Shown here: one piece after another, positions 1 to 9,475 of the stretch
Layout: every line of letters begins with the position of its first letter
Numbering within the stretch: the first letter of the stretch is position 1
From: a bacterium HR37
GTDB taxonomy: Bacteria; Desulfobacterota_D; UBA1144; Nemesobacterales; CSP1-2
DNA: 64,000 bases
Assembly (NCBI GenBank): GCA_002898375.1
Contig: BEIN01000009.1
Location: 8,935 to 72,934, forward strand
Direction of reading: 5' to 3'
Notes under the pieces: generated by a model
Database searches by the model: none
Told to the model about the DNA's origin: nothing
What the model saw: only the letters and a program-made list of their open reading frames with translations
Program-made: the position numbers and the translations under genes

Positions 1-1
1 G

Positions 2-907
2 AATGGATTTAAAATAGCCCTTATCCAGATGTCCGTTTCTCCTGATCCTCAGGCAAACCTTAAAAAGGCATCTACAAGGATTGAGCAAGCTGCTTCCTTG
101 GGGGTTGATGTGGTGTGTCTTCCCGAGCTTTTTTGTTTTCAGTATTTCTGTCAAAGAGAGGATACTGCTTTCTTTGAGCTTGCCGAACCGATACCGGGGC
201 CAACTACGGAAGAGATGGGAAAAATAGCAAGGGCAAACAGGGTAGTTGTAATTGTACCGGTTTTCGAACGTCGTGCCTTGGGGATATACCATAACAGTGC
301 TGTTGTGATAGATACTGATGGTAGCATAGTGGGGATATACCGTAAGATGCACATACCTGATGATCCCCTCTACTATGAGAAGTTCTATTTTACCCCTGGG
401 GATCTGGGATTTAAGGTGTTTGATACAAGTACTGGGAGAATAGGGGTTCTTATATGCTGGGATCAGTGGTTTCCTGAAGCAGCTCGCTTGGTATCGCTTA
501 TGGGGGCAAGTGTGATTTTCTATCCAACTGCTATTGGTTGGCATCCTCATGAGCGGGAAAAGTTTGGACAAACACAGATCGATGCTTGGAGAACCGTTCA
601 ACGTGGACATGCAATTGCAAACGGGGTTTATGTTGCTTCGGTAAATCGCGTTGGATATGAGTCTTTATCATCAGAAGAACCGGGAATAGACTTCTGGGGT
701 TCCTCTTTTATATGTGATCCGCAGGGTGTTGTTCTTGCGGAAGCCTCTTCGGATGGAGAGGAAATCGTAATAGGTGAGGTGGACCTTACACGCATAGAGG
801 ATGTTAGACAGAATTGGCCTTTCTTTCGTGACCGGCGTGTGGATGCCTATGGTGAAATTACCTCTAGATTCATAGACAGTAAAAAATGGACAGACGAGAT
901 GAAGTAA
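2..907 (+). CDS. aguB: N-carbamoylputrescine amidohydrolase (nitrilase superfamily), 5' end probably truncated by the window edge
   Basis: Frame is open from position 2 (NGFKIALIQM...). Catalytic E-K-C motifs LPELF, YRKMHIP and ICWDQWFPE are present. Adjacent to agmatine deiminase. Confidence 0.85.
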   Translation, partial: NGFKIALIQMSVSPDPQANLKKASTRIEQAASLGVDVVCLPELFCFQYFCQREDTAFFELAEPIPGPTTEEMGKIARANRVVVIVPVFERRALGIYHNSAVVIDTDGSIVGIYRKMHIPDDPLYYEKFYFTPGDLGFKVFDTSTGRIGVLICWDQWFPEAARLVSLMGASVIFYPTAIGWHPHEREKFGQTQIDAWRTVQRGHAIANGVYVASVNRVGYESLSSEEPGIDFWGSSFICDPQGVVLAEASSDGEEIVIGEVDLTRIEDVRQNWPFFRDRRVDAYGEITSRFIDSKKWTDEMK

Positions 908-1983
908 GCACTATACCTCACACTCCAAAAAGCTTGGGTTTCCATATGCCTGCTGAATGGGAAAAACACGAGGCTACGTGGCTTGTCTGGCCTTATAACA
1001 GAAGCGATTGGCCTGGAAAATTTGCGGCAGTTCAATGGGTTTATGGTGAGATAGTAAGGAAAATAATACCTGGTGAAATGGTACGTATACTTGTAAACTC
1101 TCTAGCCCATGAGAAACGTGTAAGACGCATTCTTGCCCGTGTTGGAGTAGATATGTCAAGGATTGAGTTCTTTCATATTCAGACAAACCGAAGCTGGATA
1201 CGGGATTTTGGTCCTGTTTTTCTCTGCCGTAATGGTAAGGAGTTGGCGGTATCCAGATTTCGTTTTAACGGTTGGGCGCGCTACAGTGATTGGGAAAAGG
1301 ATGATTGTGTCTCAGAATCCATTGCAAGGATTTTGGGTCTCCGTATCTTTTATGCCACATACGGAGAGAGAGAAATTGTTCTTGAAGGGGGAAGTATAGA
1401 TGTAAATGGGCGTGGAACCCTTATAACAACAGAAGAATGTCTTTTAGATGAGGTTACTCAGGTGCGTAATCCCGGTATCGGAAGAAGGGAGATTGAGGAG
1501 GTTCTTTGTAGTTTCTTGGGTGTAACGAACATACTTTGGCTTGGTAGGGGAATAGCTGGTGATGACACTCACGGACACGTTGACGATATATGTCGTTTTG
1601 TGGGGCCACAAACGGTTGTTTTATGCCGTGAAACAAACCCGAGGGATGTTAACTATCGTGTGCTTGAAGAAAACCGTGAGCGTCTTGAGGATATGAGGCT
1701 TGAAGATGGTTCAAAGATAGAGGTTGTATCAATTCCAATGCCAGAGCCGCTTTACTTTAATGGTCAGCGTCTTCCAGCAAGTTATGCAAATTTCTATATA
1801 TCTAACTCTACAGTACTTGTACCTACTTTTAATGACCCAAATGACCGTATTGCCTTGGGTATACTTTCTGAGATTTTTCCAGAGCGTTTGGTTGTTGGAA
1901 TACATTCCGTTGATTTGGTTTGGGGGCTTGGCACGCTACACTGCCTTACACGTGAACAGCCATTAATAAAAGCTGACTTTTAA
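886..1983 (+). CDS. aguA: Agmatine deiminase family protein
   Basis: MPAEWE, WIRDFGP, LEGGSIDVNG, DDTHGHVD, ASYANFY and GTLHCLT motifs. Confidence 0.92.
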   Translation: MDRRDEVSTIPHTPKSLGFHMPAEWEKHEATWLVWPYNRSDWPGKFAAVQWVYGEIVRKIIPGEMVRILVNSLAHEKRVRRILARVGVDMSRIEFFHIQTNRSWIRDFGPVFLCRNGKELAVSRFRFNGWARYSDWEKDDCVSESIARILGLRIFYATYGEREIVLEGGSIDVNGRGTLITTEECLLDEVTQVRNPGIGRREIEEVLCSFLGVTNILWLGRGIAGDDTHGHVDDICRFVGPQTVVLCRETNPRDVNYRVLEENRERLEDMRLEDGSKIEVVSIPMPEPLYFNGQRLPASYANFYISNSTVLVPTFNDPNDRIALGILSEIFPERLVVGIHSVDLVWGLGTLHCLTREQPLIKADF

Positions 1984-1994
1984 TTAAAGAAAAG

Positions 1995-2891
1995 TTAGGG
2001 AGTTTGCCTGCGAAGAACCATATAGTTGGACAGTAGGATTAGCCCCCCTCCAAAGATCGTTTCCATATCGATTGGTTGATCAAAAAGGAGCAAGGCTATA
2101 AAAGAGGCACTTACCGGCTCAATAAGCAGGAGAATACCTGCAATTGAAGCTTGAACCTCTTCTAATCCTCTGTAGAAAAGCAAACTTGGAATTACGCCTC
2201 CTATTAACCCAAATAAGGCCATGTAGATCCAGTAGCTTGTGGGAAGATCTATGGAAAACCTAAGAAGCTCGTTGTTATGTATGAGAAAAGAAAGCACAAC
2301 CCATATAAGCATAAGCCACAGAGCCGAGAAAAAGCTCCATCCAAGTGTTGTTATTACACAGTGGACATTTCTTATACTGCTTCTTCTCCCCCATACCACC
2401 CAGAGAGCAAGAAAGATTCCTGCAATTAAGGAAGGAACTGCTTCCCAAAAAGAGACTTTTGATTCTACCTCCCAGGGTTTAAGAAGGATATACACTCCAA
2501 GGAGTGATGCTAAAATGGCTATTGCCTTTCTCTTGGTAATAGCTTCATCTAGAATCAGCTTTCCAAATAATACAGTCCAGATAGGTTGTGTATACAGTAA
2601 AAGGGCTACAACAGCCACCGGTGTGCCAAAGTAGAGGCTTGTAAACTGCAAGGTTTCAAGTATTGCACCAATAAACCCGTAGACTGTGAAGAAGGATAGG
2701 ATATCTTTTCTAAATATAGAGGAAATTTGTGTAGTAAATGCAAGTGGTAGAACCGTAAAAAAAATAAATAAGAGTCTATAGAGGGATAGCTCAAACACTG
2801 ATAAACCTAGGTTTATAAAGAGGTGTCCTCCAGGTGTTATAGTTCCGTAAAGTAGTGCAGCAGCAATTATCATTGCATACTCTCTCTTCAT
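1995..2891 (-). CDS. EamA/DMT family transporter
   Basis: About 10 hydrophobic segments; LLYTQPIW and LLIEPV repeats typical of two EamA halves. Confidence 0.85.
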   Translation of the reverse strand: MKREYAMIIAAALLYGTITPGGHLFINLGLSVFELSLYRLLFIFFTVLPLAFTTQISSIFRKDILSFFTVYGFIGAILETLQFTSLYFGTPVAVVALLLYTQPIWTVLFGKLILDEAITKRKAIAILASLLGVYILLKPWEVESKVSFWEAVPSLIAGIFLALWVVWGRRSSIRNVHCVITTLGWSFFSALWLMLIWVVLSFLIHNNELLRFSIDLPTSYWIYMALFGLIGGVIPSLLFYRGLEEVQASIAGILLLIEPVSASFIALLLFDQPIDMETIFGGGLILLSNYMVLRRQTP

Positions 2892-3014
2892 GGATCAGGT
2901 TTTAAAGTTAAAGGGTTATTGTTATTTATTGATTCTGTTTTTCTGTTCTTCTAGAAACCATTGTTTAATGTTAACCTATTAGATGGTTAAAGAAAACAAA
3001 ACCCAGGTAGGAAT

Positions 3015-3560
3015 ATGATCTCCATATGCAGGGATGTAGAGAGGGTCCTTATCAGCGAGGAGGAAATTCAAAATAGGGTAAGGGAACTCGGCAGGCAGAT
3101 ATCAGGAGACTACAGGGGGAAAAGACCCATCTTGGTTGCCGTTCTTAGGGGTGCAATTGTCTTTCTCTGTGACCTGATGCGGTATATGTCAATCCCGGTT
3201 ACTGTAGACTTCCTTTCTGTATCTAGCTATTCTGGTCATATTCAGACGGGTGTGGTAAGGATTCTTAAAGACCTGGATGAGAACATAGAGAAAAGATACG
3301 TTATCTTGATAGAGGATATAGTGGATACCGGTTTAACGCTTAGCTATATAATAAAGACCTTAAAAACAAGAAACCCCGCCCATATAAGCGTGTGTGCACT
3401 CCTGGATAAAAGGTCTCGAAGGGTTGTTGATGTCCCTGTTGACTATGTGGGTTTTGAGATACCTGATGAGTTTGTGGTAGGATACGGCATGGATTACAAC
3501 CAAAAGTACAGAAACCTTCCCTTTATTGGTGTTCTTAGAAGAGAGATCCTGCAGGGGTAG
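3015..3560 (+). CDS. hpt: Hypoxanthine phosphoribosyltransferase
   Basis: VLRGA, VSSY, LIEDIVDTGLT and FVVGYGMDY motifs. Confidence 0.95.
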   Translation: MISICRDVERVLISEEEIQNRVRELGRQISGDYRGKRPILVAVLRGAIVFLCDLMRYMSIPVTVDFLSVSSYSGHIQTGVVRILKDLDENIEKRYVILIEDIVDTGLTLSYIIKTLKTRNPAHISVCALLDKRSRRVVDVPVDYVGFEIPDEFVVGYGMDYNQKYRNLPFIGVLRREILQG

Positions 3561-3577
3561 GGGATTGGTTTAGCAAT

Positions 3578-4288
3578 CTAACCACTTGTCATCTTGGCTT
3601 TTTCTCTGGCATTTATGTTTGCTAAGGTTTCCATGGCAATTGAGGTATGCGCGTAACATGCTCCTGCTGCCATAACCATGGCTACATTTATAGCTTCGGC
3701 TATCTGTTCCTTTGTAACACCGAAGGTCAGGGCATCCTTTACGCATCCTCTAATGCAGTAAGGACATCTTGTCAACTGTGCACAGGCAAGCCCTATTATC
3801 CCTCTTTTCATTTTTTTGCTGAGTGCTCCATCGGAAAATACCTTCTTATGGAATTCCATAAAATGCTTTGATATCTCTCCGCTTGCCTTTGCAAAGTGGT
3901 TTATTTCATGGGTTATATCTTTCTTAAAGAAATGACCTTCAGTAAGGGGAATACCCTTTTCTATAGCCTCGTATGCCTCAAATGCTATGCTTGAATACGC
4001 ATAGGGGGCTCCCATTGCAAAGCGCATTGCTACATAGATTGCCTCTACTATCTCTTCATCAGTTGCACCGCTTTTCTTTGCAGTTGTTACTCTTCCCCTT
4101 ATGCAATAAGGACAGCGGGTTATATGAGCAGCAGCAACGGCTATTAACTCCTTTTCCTTTTTGGTAAGTGCACCGTCTTTAAAGACACTGTTGTGATAAT
4201 CTATCCATGCTTGATGGAGCTCAGGGTTTATGTTTTTTAAAAGGCTTATATCCTGTGAAATATCCTTTTTAAAGAAAAAGTCTGTCAT
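3578..4288 (-). CDS. Tandem two-domain carboxymuconolactone decarboxylase/AhpD-like protein
   Basis: Two internal repeats, each with VFxDGALxKK...TRCPYCIRG. Confidence 0.85.
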   Translation of the reverse strand: MTDFFFKKDISQDISLLKNINPELHQAWIDYHNSVFKDGALTKKEKELIAVAAAHITRCPYCIRGRVTTAKKSGATDEEIVEAIYVAMRFAMGAPYAYSSIAFEAYEAIEKGIPLTEGHFFKKDITHEINHFAKASGEISKHFMEFHKKVFSDGALSKKMKRGIIGLACAQLTRCPYCIRGCVKDALTFGVTKEQIAEAINVAMVMAAGACYAHTSIAMETLANINAREKAKMTSG

Positions 4289-4312
4289 TTCTTCCTCCTT
4301 ATATTTTGACTT

Positions 4313-4909
4313 TTATGCAGCCTCTTTAGCTAGTATTAGATTTGTTATTGCCTTTGCTCCTTCTTTAATTGGCTCTGTTGTTTTATGGGTTTTTACCATC
4401 ATAATTGCCCCTTCAATTTGGGACAGTATAAGAGAGGCAATAAGTTTTGGATCTATATCTTTTCTAAATTCCCCTCTTTCTATGCCTTCACGCATGCAGT
4501 TTTCCAAAGCACTTTCCCAGCTTTTAAAAAACCTGCTAAGTCTTATCCGAAACCTTTCGTTTAAGTCACTCATCTCTATGGCGAGATTACCAAAGGGACA
4601 GCCCTTCCTACAATTAAGGCTTTGGTGCAGTTTCTCTACACGTTTGTAGAAGTTTTCCAGCCTCTGGGCAGGAGATATGGAGGGATTTTTAAGAACTGAA
4701 GAGATGAAATCCTCTTCAAAGTTTTTTATCCTGGCATCGAGTATCTCTAAAGCTAATTCCTCTTTGCTCTTGAAGTGATAGTAGAAATTGCTTTTCGTTA
4801 CCTTGCTTTTCTCTACAATCTCATCGACCGATGTTTGTTGAAAGCCCTTTTCGTGAAATAACTCAGATGCGGCTTTAAGTATCTTTTCCCTGCTGCTTGC
4901 TTTTCTCAT
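4313..4909 (-). CDS. TetR/AcrR family regulator (NemR/LmrA-like C-terminus)
   Basis: N-terminal HTH (TSVDEIV...SNFYYHFKSKEEL) and GCPFGNLAIE motif. Confidence 0.92.
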   Translation of the reverse strand: MRKASSREKILKAASELFHEKGFQQTSVDEIVEKSKVTKSNFYYHFKSKEELALEILDARIKNFEEDFISSVLKNPSISPAQRLENFYKRVEKLHQSLNCRKGCPFGNLAIEMSDLNERFRIRLSRFFKSWESALENCMREGIERGEFRKDIDPKLIASLILSQIEGAIMMVKTHKTTEPIKEGAKAITNLILAKEAA

Positions 4910-4912
4910 TTG

Positions 4913-4934
4913 TAGTACGAACCAGTTAGTCCTA
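4913..4934. promoter_or_regulatory. Putative TetR operator (imperfect palindrome TAGTACGAACCAGTTAGTCCTA)
   Basis: 8 of 11 positions pair. It lies between the -10 element and the tetR start codon. Confidence 0.55.
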
Positions 4935-4964
4935 ATTATAACTTTGGTTTAAAAAACTTGTCAA
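4935..4964 (-). promoter_or_regulatory. Sigma70 promoter for tetR-ahpD operon
   Basis: Minus strand TTGACA-N18-TATAAT, perfect hexamers. Confidence 0.75.
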
Positions 4965-5012
4965 GATGGTATATTGTTTTCCTTAGCTATGTAGTTTTCA
5001 GGACGGTTTAAT

Positions 5013-5987
5013 ATGAGAGGGATTGCAGTAGGCATAGATGTAGGCGGTACAAACTTAAGAGGAGCCCTTATAAGCAGTGATGGAAAGATATTAAAGAGAA
5101 GAAGTGTTCCTTCTGAAGCCAATAAGGGAATGGAGTTTGTTGTTAAAAACCTTCTAAGGCTTATAAGGGATATGGTGGGGAACAAAGAGGTAGCAGGTAT
5201 AGGTATAGGCATTGCGGGAATAATAGACCAGAAAAAAGGGGTTTTAACCCAGGCTCCCAACATAGCAAATGTAAGGAACTATCCTATAAGAAAGGCTCTT
5301 ATAGAGCAAATAGGGACAGGGATTCCTGTGTTTCTTGAGAACGATGCAAACTGTGCTGCTCTTGGTGAAAACTGGGTTGGAAGTGGGAGAGAATCCAGTT
5401 CTCTTGTTGTTCTTACACTGGGTACGGGGGTTGGAGGTGGAATAATCGTTGGCGGAAAGCTTTGGAGGGGTGAAGACGGTATGGCAGGAGAAATCGGACA
5501 CATAACCGTTGATCCAGACGGGCCCAGGTGTAACTGCGGGAATTATGGGTGTTTGGAGAGTTTTTCCTCTGCCAGTGCTCTTAGGCGCAGGATAAAAGAG
5601 GTATTAGGTGGTAAGGATATAGAAGCTTCTGTAAGACAGAGATTTACACGTGTATCTGAGCATAGAATACCCGAGGTCTTAAGGGAGTTGGCACTTAAGG
5701 GTGATAAACTGGCTCTCAGTTTGTGGGATGAGTTTGGAAGGGCTTTAGGAATAGCAATAGCTAGCCTTGTTAATCTCTTAAACGTTGATATGATTGTTAT
5801 CGGTGGGGGACTCTCAAATGCGTGGGAGCTGTTTATAAAAAGTGCAATTAGAGAGTCAAGAAAAAGGGCTTTACGTGCTCCTATAAGAAGGGTAAGGATA
5901 GAGAAAAGTGTTTTGGGAAGTGATGCCGGAATATTTGGGGCTGGGTACTTGGTATTTGAAGGTTGTAACGGTCAAAACAGCCAGTAA
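5013..5987 (+). CDS. glk: ROK family sugar kinase (glucokinase)
   Basis: GIDVGGT, LENDANCAALGE, GTGVGGG, GEIGH and CNCGNYGCLE motifs; no N-terminal HTH. Confidence 0.88.
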   Translation: MRGIAVGIDVGGTNLRGALISSDGKILKRRSVPSEANKGMEFVVKNLLRLIRDMVGNKEVAGIGIGIAGIIDQKKGVLTQAPNIANVRNYPIRKALIEQIGTGIPVFLENDANCAALGENWVGSGRESSSLVVLTLGTGVGGGIIVGGKLWRGEDGMAGEIGHITVDPDGPRCNCGNYGCLESFSSASALRRRIKEVLGGKDIEASVRQRFTRVSEHRIPEVLRELALKGDKLALSLWDEFGRALGIAIASLVNLLNVDMIVIGGGLSNAWELFIKSAIRESRKRALRAPIRRVRIEKSVLGSDAGIFGAGYLVFEGCNGQNSQ

Positions 5988-5995
5988 GTACCGGT

Positions 5996-6406
5996 TTATT
6001 CGGCTTTCTCTATATCTACAACGGTAAGGGTTGTTTCTGTTTCTTTGAGTTTTAGTTTAACCTTATCGCCTTCTTTAAGGCCTTTTAACTGCTCTGGGTT
6101 TTCAACCTTGTAGCTCATTATCATGGCCCTCATAAAACCCGGAATTTCATCTTCATCAACTATTATTCTATCGCCACGAATTAGCTTTAACACCCCTGTT
6201 GCGTTATGGTATCTTGGAAACTCTGTTTCTTCGCTCTGGATTTGTTTAGTGGACTTAAGCTTTACGATCTCTTGTTTTAGATTAACGATATCCTGTTGTA
6301 TGTCATTTTGGATCTGTTGAACCCTGCTAAGCTGCGTTTGCCCTATGTATATTAGACAGAGAGCTATTATCCCTATAATTAAAGAAATTACTGATATTAA
6401 CTTCAT
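5996..6406 (-). CDS. Membrane-anchored CusF-like metal-binding OB-fold protein
   Basis: N-terminal TM helix, coiled coil, then EIPGFMRAMIMSYKV...LKEGDKV. Confidence 0.7.
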   Translation of the reverse strand: MKLISVISLIIGIIALCLIYIGQTQLSRVQQIQNDIQQDIVNLKQEIVKLKSTKQIQSEETEFPRYHNATGVLKLIRGDRIIVDEDEIPGFMRAMIMSYKVENPEQLKGLKEGDKVKLKLKETETTLTVVDIEKAE

Positions 6407-6420
6407 CTATTCTCCTCCTA

Positions 6421-7269
6421 TTATATTTTACCCCTTAGGTTTTTCAACTTCTTTAGGTTTTTTATATCGTCTTCTATCTTCTTAAAAGGGGTCTCAATTA
6501 TAAGGTTTATATCTTTTAGAGCAGGTTCGTTCACAAGTATTTTAAAGCACTCTATACCTATTTTCCCCTTGCCTATGTGTTCGTGTCTGTCTTTTCTTTC
6601 TCCCAGATCAACTTTTGAGTCGTTCCCGTGTAGGAGCTTTAATCTGCTAAGTCCTATTGTTTCTGAGAAATGAGTAAGAAGGGAGTTTACTCCATCTTTA
6701 GTTCTTATATCGTATCCTGAAGCAAAGAGATGGGCCGTATCAAGACATATACCTATATCAGGGTTACTGTCCAGGTGGGCAACTATTTCCGCTAATTCTT
6801 CCAGCGTGTCTCCTATGGTTGCTCCCTGACCTGCTGAGTTCTCTATAAGTAGCTTTATTGAGTATTTGTTTTTATCCTCAAGTATTTGCTTAAGTCCTTC
6901 CACGGCTCTTTTAAGGCCCTCTGTTCTGCTTGATGCTTTGGAGCTTCCTAGGTGTGTTACCACATACTTTGCTCCAAGAATTTCTCCTCTTTTCAGCTCT
7001 TCTTTGATTATTGATACAGACCTTGTCCTTATCTGTCTGTCTTCTGAAGCTAGGTTGATAAAATATGGGGTGTGTATATAGTAGTCAAGCAGGTTATATT
7101 TTGTGCATTCTTGAAGAAACCTCTTAACCGTTTTACCGTCTAATTTGGGAGGGCTTCCCCCTCGAGGGGATCTTGAGAAGAACTGGAAGCACTCACATCC
7201 AACCCTGTAAGCGCGTTCAGGTGCCTTTTCAATACCTCCTCCAATTGAGACATGTGCTCCTACTTTCAC
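6421..7269 (-). CDS. nfo: Endonuclease IV
   Basis: GAHVSIGGG, HTPYFINLAS, ENSAGQG, CLDTAH, HGNDSK and DRHEHIGKG motifs. Confidence 0.95.
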   Translation of the reverse strand: MKVGAHVSIGGGIEKAPERAYRVGCECFQFFSRSPRGGSPPKLDGKTVKRFLQECTKYNLLDYYIHTPYFINLASEDRQIRTRSVSIIKEELKRGEILGAKYVVTHLGSSKASSRTEGLKRAVEGLKQILEDKNKYSIKLLIENSAGQGATIGDTLEELAEIVAHLDSNPDIGICLDTAHLFASGYDIRTKDGVNSLLTHFSETIGLSRLKLLHGNDSKVDLGERKDRHEHIGKGKIGIECFKILVNEPALKDINLIIETPFKKIEDDIKNLKKLKNLRGKI

Positions 7270-7281
7270 TGTAGTAGAGAG

Positions 7282-7509
7282 TTACTGTTTATCCAGTTTT
7301 CCAGCTAACCACTTCTCCATCCATGCTTTTGTTTTTTCAGCAAGCTCTTTACTGGATGTAAACGATATGAATCTGTTGTCCATGTGTATGCCCCAGTAGG
7401 TAATGGGTTTGTGGCTTTCCCTTAGATGTTCTTCCTTGCTACACCCTTGTGGGATTGTTTTGCAGTTGCATTCAGGGTCAACTGTAAACGGGGTTATCGT
7501 TATCGTCAT
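7282..7509 (-). CDS. Small Cys/His-containing hypothetical protein
   Basis: Strong SD (GAGGAGGT) upstream, a sigma54 promoter upstream, and a stop 12 bp before nfo. Confidence 0.75.
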   Translation of the reverse strand: MTITITPFTVDPECNCKTIPQGCSKEEHLRESHKPITYWGIHMDNRFISFTSSKELAEKTKAWMEKWLAGKLDKQ

Positions 7510-7565
7510 TCTTGTTTTACCTCCTCATCAATTTAAGATGATCTGTTTTTAATTTCGTTTTTGTA

Positions 7566-7581
7566 TGCAATTTGTGTGCCA
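7566..7581 (-). promoter_or_regulatory. Sigma54 (-24/-12) promoter
   Basis: Minus strand TGGCACACAAATTGCA = GG-N10-GC, near-perfect consensus. Confidence 0.8.
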
Positions 7582-7666
7582 TTTCTTTTTAACCTAGTCA
7601 CGATTCTTGTATTTTCAAGCCCCCAGATTGATTCGTTTTACAGTTTGTGCTATTTTCTGGTAAAAG

Positions 7667-8155
7667 ATGCCCAAAAGAGTTCCAAAAAAGATTAGGACAA
7701 GGGTCTTGAACGGATTAAAGAGCAGGGATGTTATCGAGCTTATGGAAGCACTCGAAGGGGTTAGGTTGAGTTTTAAGCATCTCTACTACTACGAACACAG
7801 CGGGTTGATAGTTCCCAGTATTAGAAAAGCCAGGGGAAGAGGGGTGCCAAAGCTCTACTCCATAGAGGATTTTATCGTTCTTAGGTGGCTTGTTTCCCTT
7901 CAAAAGAGGGGGATTTCTGTAAGACGTTTCAGGGATGTAGTGGGGTTTCTAAGGGAAAAGATGCCAGAGGTTCTTAGAAAACCACAGAGCTGGGTTTTAA
8001 TAACTGATGGTTATTCGGTTAAATTCTTTGATAGGGTATCCTATAAAGCCCTTGATGTGCTAAGAGACACAGGACAGTATCTTTTTGTTTTCCCCGTTGG
8101 GAAAATGATAGAGGAAAGTGAGCAGGCAATAAAAGATTTTAGCCTAAAAGAGTAG
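7667..8155 (+). CDS. MerR-type HTH regulator (Rv1830-like architecture)
   Basis: LYYYEHSGLIVPSI...LYSIED...GIS, with C-terminal LITDG...GQ. Confidence 0.75.
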   Translation: MPKRVPKKIRTRVLNGLKSRDVIELMEALEGVRLSFKHLYYYEHSGLIVPSIRKARGRGVPKLYSIEDFIVLRWLVSLQKRGISVRRFRDVVGFLREKMPEVLRKPQSWVLITDGYSVKFFDRVSYKALDVLRDTGQYLFVFPVGKMIEESEQAIKDFSLKE

Positions 8156-8212
8156 CAACATCTCTCCCCAAATTTTATAGGTGCTATCTTATTGTGTTAC
8201 AATATTACTGAA

Positions 8213-9475
8213 GTGCCTGATTATAACTTTGATTTTCTATTTATAGGTGCTGGGATCTTGGGTTCATCAGGGGCTATGGCCCTCTCTAAGAAGCTTGAGG
8301 AAAGGGGAGAGAGTGGACGTATAGCTCTGGTGGATGTTGATTTGGAGGGTGAGCACTCATCCACCCTTAAAAACGCTGGGGGTGTTAGAGCCACCTGGCG
8401 GAATCGTGCAAATATAGAGCTATGCAGGTATTCCATAGAGTTCTTTGAGACGATTAGAGACAGAATTCAATTCCGTGAGCTTGGTTATTTCTGGATGCAC
8501 GATGAAGAGTCCTGGAAGGAGATTAACAGAAACTACCATCTTTACAAGGAGTATGGACTACCTGTTGAGCTATATCCTCCAGAGGCTGTTTATGAGTTTT
8601 TGCCTTTTGTAGATAACCTGGAGGGTATAGCAGGTCTTTCCATATCAAGAAGAGCAGGGCTTGTAGATCACTACTCTTTAAGAGAGTACTATAGGGAGGA
8701 GGCAAGGAAAAGAGGGGTTATCTTCTTTGATAGGTGTTATGTGAGTGGAATTGTGGTTAGATGTGGTGAGGTAAAAGAGGTTATAGCCGATAGAATAGAG
8801 AGTGGTAATCCGGAAGAGAAATCCGAGGTGGTTAAGAAGTACCTTATTTACGGTGGTAGTGATGTTTCCAAGGAAAAGATATCGTTTGGATGTAATGTGC
8901 TTATAAACACCTCCGGAGCATGGGCACCGCGTATCTCAAGACTCTACGGATTTGTTGACGAGAGCATCAAACCAAGAAGGAGACACATGGTCGTTATACG
9001 CTGTCCTCAGGTTGATCTATCTCATTATGGTATGGTTATAGATACCTCCGATGTTTACTTTCACAAGGATGCTGACAACATACTTGTTGGGTATTCTAAT
9101 ATGGATGAGCCTTATGGATACAACCTCGAATACGGCTTTGGTGGGTTGGAGGAAAACAGCTTGTTTGTAAAGTACATATGGTTTCCTCTTTACAGAAGGA
9201 GCAGCAGGTTTGAGAGGATTAAATTTATAAGGGGGTGGGCCGGGCTTTATGCAGAGACACCGGACAGGTCCGGTTATCTTGGAAAGGTCCCAGGTTTTAA
9301 AAACGTTTATGAGTGTGTGGCACATACTGGAAGAGGACTTATGATATCTTATGGAAGTGGGGTTGCGCTTGCTGACCTTATACTTGATGGCAGGTTCAGG
9401 AATGAACTGTGTCATGCAGCAGACCTTTCTAGGGAGAGACCATCTGGAGAGCTTTATGAGGAGTTACATCTCTAA
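8213..9475 (+). CDS. FAD-dependent oxidoreductase (DAO/sarcosine oxidase beta family)
   Basis: IGAGILG, SSTLKNAGGVR, SGAWA and WAGLYAETPD motifs. GTG at 8213 is the likely start (ORF open from 8192). Confidence 0.88.
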   Translation: MPDYNFDFLFIGAGILGSSGAMALSKKLEERGESGRIALVDVDLEGEHSSTLKNAGGVRATWRNRANIELCRYSIEFFETIRDRIQFRELGYFWMHDEESWKEINRNYHLYKEYGLPVELYPPEAVYEFLPFVDNLEGIAGLSISRRAGLVDHYSLREYYREEARKRGVIFFDRCYVSGIVVRCGEVKEVIADRIESGNPEEKSEVVKKYLIYGGSDVSKEKISFGCNVLINTSGAWAPRISRLYGFVDESIKPRRRHMVVIRCPQVDLSHYGMVIDTSDVYFHKDADNILVGYSNMDEPYGYNLEYGFGGLEENSLFVKYIWFPLYRRSSRFERIKFIRGWAGLYAETPDRSGYLGKVPGFKNVYECVAHTGRGLMISYGSGVALADLILDGRFRNELCHAADLSRERPSGELYEELHL

